A model generated the notes under the pieces. The model made no database searches. It was not told the DNA's origin and was given only the letters and a program-made list of their open reading frames with translations. Shown here in pieces: positions 1 through 64,000 of a stretch of DNA of 64,000 nucleotides. Made by a program: the position numbers and the translations under genes. This DNA comes from Lama guanicoe (taxonomy: Eukaryota), in assembly GCA_013239625.1 (NCBI GenBank), contig MU053881.1:15740373-15804372 (forward strand). The letters are read 5' to 3'. The first letter of the stretch is position 1; each line of letters starts with the position of its first letter.

Positions 1-69
1 GTTTGCCAGTTACACAAGGGAGTGAAGAATGGAATCCAGTTCGAGTGTGTGCAAAGATCCACAGCCTGA

Positions 70-330
70 GTGAAACAGAGACACAGAGGGAGACCAAGAC
101 AGGACTTTGTAGAGACAGAGAGGCTGGACATAGGCTCAGCGGGAGACACATGATCGAGAGAGACAGAGAGAGGAACAGAGAGACCCAGAGAGAGAAAGAG
201 ACAGAGAAACAGATGCAAGGAGACAGAGATGTATAGACAGAGGAACAGAGGTATTCAGGGAGAGCAGAGACAGCAAAGGACTCAAAACTGAGAGTCAAAG
301 GAGAGACAAAAACACGCAGAACCAGAAGGG
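70..330. repeat. GA/GACA-rich low-complexity tract
   Basis: agagacagagag-type degenerate repeats. Confidence 0.8.
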
Positions 331-632
331 AACCTGCCTGGAAATCGCCCTCTGGTCCGGGAGCCGGGACTCAGCTCCGGCCCTTTAAACTCCACCCCCA
401 CCCCCAAGCTTGCGGCGCCCGCACCCCATCAGGCGTCGCTGGGCTCCGCCTTCCATCCACATCACTGCCACGTCAGGAGCTGTCCGCGCCCCTGGTGCTG
501 AACCAAGATGGCCGGCGGCGGAGGCCGGGCCCCGGCGTGAACTGAACGCGGGCTGCAGCACCCGCCATGCCCCAGCCCAGCGGCCGCTAAAGCCCAACCT
601 GACAGAGCCGGTCCGCCGGCGACCCCGGAGAC

Positions 633-59273
<58,641 letters not shown>

Positions 59274-60460
59274 CGCGGGGCGCGCGGGCGGGCGGGCAGC
59301 ACTGCTCCTGCGCAGAGAGCGCGGGGCGGGGCGGTGCCTGCATGCTGGGACCTCCCAGAGGGCGAGTCTCCGGGTTCTGTGCAGAGGGCGGGCTGCCTCT
59401 GCACCCTTGACTTAGCTTCACCCTCTGGAGAAATGTGAATGGCAACGCCCACCCCCCTCAGGATGCCACGCCCTAGGGCGCGAGGAAGGAAGGAGCCACA
59501 TCCCCTACTTGAGGCCACGCCCCCAGTGTCTGGTGGGGGACCTTTCAAGCTCGGATGGGAGGAAAACCCGCCCCCTATAGAGGAGGCCAGATCCCAGGGC
59601 TGTGGTACCGGTAGGCCCCGCTTCCTGCCCTCTGGAAAAGCCATAAGATGGGTCCCCAACCCCGGGGACCCAAGACCAATTTGCCAAGTATGGATCTCTC
59701 AGCTCCCTCGAGGGGCGGGCCCTGAGCAAGGGGCAGGGCTTCCTGGAGCGCCCCCTGGGGTGGTCTCGGGGCTAGAGGGACTAAGGTGGTGGTTGGAGGG
59801 CCTCCGGGTGAACCGGAGCCCCTTCTGATGTTTGTGCAAAAAAGAAACGGGGAGGGGGAGTAGGATGGGATTTCAAAAGCACATGCGCCCTCGGGCGCAC
59901 AAACCCTGGGGGCCAAAGGGGCGGCTCTGGGGCACTTGCACTGCCCCCACTTCCCTATGGGGGGTTGCTTTCCCTTTTCCTCACACATACCCAGTCCTCA
60001 TATCATAGAGTTCAACCCACCCACTTGACAGATGGCAAAACTGAGGCCCAGAGAGCTGCTTGAGACAATGCTGAGGGTCCCAGTGCCACATCCTCTCCCT
60101 ACTTCCTTTGGCCTGTGTGCCCCATTGAAGGGTGGGCTGAGATCAGATGACCTGATACAGCTCCCCATTGCTGCTAACTCCCCTCAGGGGACCTCCCCCA
60201 GTCCTTAAAGGGATGGGGGTCCTGGGCCAAGACCCCCAGTGCCCCCTCCCACCTTTGGCTGCCAAGCAAAGCCTCTGCCCTCAGCCCTTTCTGATGGGAC
60301 CCCAGGGGAAGATACCCTGAGAACTCTTGACTTCCTGCCAAAAAAGAATGAAGATTTGACATTCCCTGGACCCAGTCCCCTACCCCAACCCCTTCTTCCT
60401 CCCCCAGAATGCTCCAGTCAGGAAAGGAGAGAGAAAGAGACCAGAAACTCTAGGGGTGAG

Positions 60461-60471
60461 TGCGTGCGTGC

Positions 60472-60508
<37 letters not shown>
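60461..60508. repeat. (TGCG)n(TG)n microsatellite in the 3' UTR
   Basis: Directly visible. Confidence 0.97.
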
Positions 60509-60511
<3 letters not shown>

Positions 60512-62372
60512 GGTTCCCAGCACTGGGCCAGGCACATGGAAGGAACCTCGGAATATTTGTCAAATGACTTTCTCTGACTCCCAGGCTAGGACTGTTTTGG
60601 AAATTTCCTCCCTCTTCTTTCCCCCTAAGAAATCCTACTCATTCCTCAGAACTCATCACAAATATTCCCTGCTGCAGCAAACCTCTGATCCCCCTCAGGA
60701 CTTTCCTAGCCTCTGTCTCTGATGCCATAGGGCTGGGAGTGTCTGTGAAAGGCTCTGCTTCCCCCCACGTGGAGGTCTGAAGCCTCTCAAGAGCCCTGAG
60801 TTCATCCAGCACAGGCTGAGTACAGGGGAATGGCGGGGAGGGTTTGCCTAGTTGAATTATGTCTTGGATTGGTGGTGTGGTGGGCTCTATGTGTGTCCAC
60901 ATGTGTGTCTGTCCATACCTTCCCCTCCCATACAGATCTGGGCACAGAGGAGGTGTTTAAGCCAGACTGTGGCTGAGCCACAGGACACAGAATGATGAGA
61001 GGGTGAGAGGGGACTGGAGGTGTTGAAATCGGTATGTTCCTGTATTGGAACAACTAGGCTCAGAGATGAGCAGGGCTTTCTCCAAGGCCACTCAGCATTG
61101 GATGGTACATTTGGGTTTCACCACTTCCCCTCACTTCATGCCAGGAGCTTGCCCCAGATTTCCATGGATCGGGGAAAGGACAAAAGAGGCCCATAGTGGG
61201 ATGTGGTAGGGTGACACTGAAGAACTTCTTGGACAGAGCCAATCCCCCTCTTGAGAGGGACAGAGACACAGAGTAAGGATGCAAAGAAAGAAGAGGAGAG
61301 AGGGAAGGAGAGAGACACACACACAAGGAAGGGAATTAAGAGGGTAAAATCACGCCCAGGTGGAGACAGCCAGAATTTTGACATGGAGAGACTAAGAGAT
61401 GCAGAGATGCAGAGACATGGAAGAAAAAGCAAAAACGGGGATCTAGAAGGAAGAAGGACACCCCACTCTGTTCTGTCTGGCTCCCATCAGTGTATCCTCA
61501 AAGGATTTACCTAAAATGAGGAGGTGCCCAGCCGCGTCCCCCAATCCCTCTGACTCTTAGGCAGCACAGCCTGTAACCTCACCGTGCCCCCATCAGAGAT
61601 GCAAAAAAAACACCTAACCAGAAATCCTTGGGACCTCTCTCGGCTGAGACCTCAGAGACCTTTCCAGCCCCAACTCCCTGCACTGTCCATCTTGCAGATG
61701 GGGACACTGAGGCACAGGGCAGAATGGAGACAGCCAGGAGTCACCCCACCTCTGCTGCTCAGGTAGACAGGGAGGGGAGCACCCCTGGCTGGGGAGAGCT
61801 GGTCCACATCGTGACCCCTGCTGTCACCTGAATATCTTTTCCTAAGAATTGTCAAGGACCAAAGTCGTTTTTGCTGACACACATTGCTTTTTTCTTTGCC
61901 TTTTATTTTTTTAAAGAGACAAATCAAGTTGATGGTGTCAAGTAAGACTCCCCTCCATTCCCCTGCCCCCTACCCCTTCCTAGCCATAGTGACTCTCGAG
62001 GCACAGGTCATGGGCGGAGGGTCCCCATGCCTCCCTGGCCACACAGCCAAGGGGATTCAGACCCCACCTTTGGCCCCTGCCCCATGAGACCCCAAACCTG
62101 GCCACACAGTCCAGGGAGGTTCTTCCTCCATACACCTTCTCTTAGCATGTGACTGCAAATGTGAAAACAAAATGCTGTTTGTTTGTTTGTTTGTTTGTTT
62201 TAATTCCATCCCGTCAGTCTGGCATCTACAGATGCCCCCATTTCTCTGTAAATATGTGACTTGGAACAAATGTTTAAAACCAACGAGAAGTGGTCATGAA
62301 TGCATGGTGTTGAGATGTTTTGCACTATTCTGACTTTTTGGTCTCTGTAAAAATATTTTATTAACAGCAGAC

Positions 62373-62378
62373 ATTAAA
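62373..62378 (+). terminator. probable polyadenylation signal ATTAAA
   Basis: ATTAAA preceded by TGTA elements and AU-rich sequence. Confidence 0.6.
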
Positions 62379-63774
62379 AAAAAAAGAAAAAGAAAAAGTA
62401 CATAGCCTTGGAAGCACAGTGGCCTCCTTGCGTTCCCATATTGGAAAACAAAAAACTCTCCGCTATGAGCAGCCGCTGGTTGAACATCCCTCCCACCCAG
62501 GAGTGCAACTCCTTCACAACTATGCTCCCATTTTACAGAGAAGGAAAACAGTCTCAGAGAGGTGAAATATTTCAGAAGAGGCAGGGCCAAGATCCGAACC
62601 CAGGATACTGGGTAGCTGTTGCTCTTAGTTCAAGCAAGTTAGGACACAACTGCCAGGGACCCACTCTCAAATTCAACCCCCACCCCGATATTTGTCTGGG
62701 GGTTTTGTTTCGTGTTTTTGATGTGGCAGGTGAAAATCTCATTTCATCATTTTGGCTGTGCAAAGAATGAAGCTCCATTTTTCTCCAGCTGAAGCTGACT
62801 TCTCTTTTGAGCCCCCATCCCACCAGGGAGCAGAAATGAAATCTCACTCAGCTTCATTCCTCAGTAAAAATTCAGTGTTACACCTCCTAAGATCTGAAGT
62901 TGTTTCTACACTTGAGCTGCCAGGGCAGGGGCAGTGGGATCCCCCACAGGAAGTGAATTAGATGAGTGCTTTGGGCTGCAAGTAACAGCCAAAAGAGTTC
63001 AAAGTAGAAGAAAAAGTGGGTAAACCACAGGGGTAACCCATAACTCAGCAACTCTGCCCTCAGGAGACTCTCACACGTGGGCAAGGCTGGAAGCAGCCTC
63101 AGTGTCAAGGTATCTTCTTATGGGGGGACTATTCTACAGCTGTGGAATGGATAAACCACAGGCGTCTGCATGGCTAAGAAGATGCAGCCCACCAGGGGCC
63201 CTGAGCACCCCTGCACTTCCTTGCTGACTGTGCCAGGCTGCAGACCTGTCTTTCTTCTGAGACTGAGCAGTTTCCAGAGCTAAGCACATAGGCTGCACAG
63301 CATGACTTCTGTGTAACTGATCCCCAACAGAGGGAAACTGATCTGCTTGCTGCTTTCTACAAAAGGTGCTCATCCCTTGGCCCTGTGTCCCTCAGCATTT
63401 GGGGTCTGGGGTGTCAACCACAGGGCATGGGAACTGAGGCTCATGCTGCTTGCTGCACTGCAAGAAATAAACCATCTTGCTCTGATCCACTGAGTCCCAC
63501 AGTGGACTCCACACCTACAGACTAGAGACAGGCTGGCTTCTGCTGTGCTCTATGAAGTGAGGTCCTTCATTCTGACAGATGTCATGAATAAAGTATGATG
63601 TTGAGTGAAGGAAGAAAAGAAAAAAAAAGAAAGTCCCAGAAAGCTGCAAAGAGCAAAATACCATATTTATAAAGCTCAAAAGTCATACAAGATACACCTA
63701 CAGAGATTTCATGTAAGGATATATAAGTGTGATTAATTTCTTAAAAAGCACAAAATTAAGGATTAAAAACTCAA

Positions 63775-64000
63775 AGATTCTACCTCACACACATCAGGCT
63801 ACTATTAAAAGAACAGAAAACAAGTGTTGGCGAAGATGTGGAGAAATTGGAGCCCCTGTGCATCACTTGTGAGAATGTAAAATGGTATGGCTGCTGTGGA
63901 AAACAATATGGAGGTGCCTCCAAAAATTAAAAATAGAATGACCAAATGATCCAGCAATTTCACTACTGGATATATGCCACAAAGAAATGAAATCAGGGCC
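63775..64000 (+). mobile_element. L1 ORF2 C-terminal region fragment
   Basis: aagtgttggcgaagatgtggagaaattggagccc...gaatgtaaaatggt...gtggaaaacaatatggagg...atgatccagcaatt. Confidence 0.88.

Larger units (their letters stand above)
59274..62400 (+). other. UNC13A: UNC13A 3' UTR (end inferred)
   Basis: Follows the stop codon; distal AU-rich segment carries RBP/miRNA motifs and ATTAAA at 62373-62378. Confidence 0.65.

Noticed and set aside
63460..63600. AATAAA hexamers as the UNC13A poly(A) site
   Set aside because: They lie in LTR/L1-like sequence beyond the motif-rich UTR end. ATTAAA 62373 is preferred, though distal use is not excluded.

Overview
This window is mammalian genomic DNA, not prokaryotic. 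Several tRNA-derived Vic-1-type SINEs suggest a camelid. It holds essentially the whole UNC13A (Munc13-1, synaptic vesicle priming factor) gene on the + strand: a CpG-island promoter with exon 1 (ATG at 633), 44 coding exons traced by hand with GT-AG boundaries and a continuous reading frame (5190 nt including stop, 1729 aa with all cassettes; stop 59271-59273), and a ~3.1 kb 3' UTR ending near ATTAAA 62373. Exon numbers follow the human scheme as I recall it. Domains seen: C2A, acidic linker, calmodulin-binding helix, C1, C2B, MUN and C2C. Almost all ORFs in the six-frame track are artefacts of introns and repeats. I see no novel multi-gene system. The most interesting signals are regulatory: (1) a remnant of the human TDP-43-repressed cryptic exon in intron 20 with altered splice sites; (2) an apparently broken or missing 'MI' 6-nt microexon, and several unannotated microexon candidates (9 nt in frame, 16 nt frameshifting); (3) very long AG-exclusion zones; (4) tandem RE1/REST sites and two uORFs; (5) an RGGTCA array containing DR5/DR3 elements and a CRE/PBX-rich intronic module; (6) intron-specific degenerate tandem repeats. 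All comparisons to human or rat sequence are from memory and need alignment.
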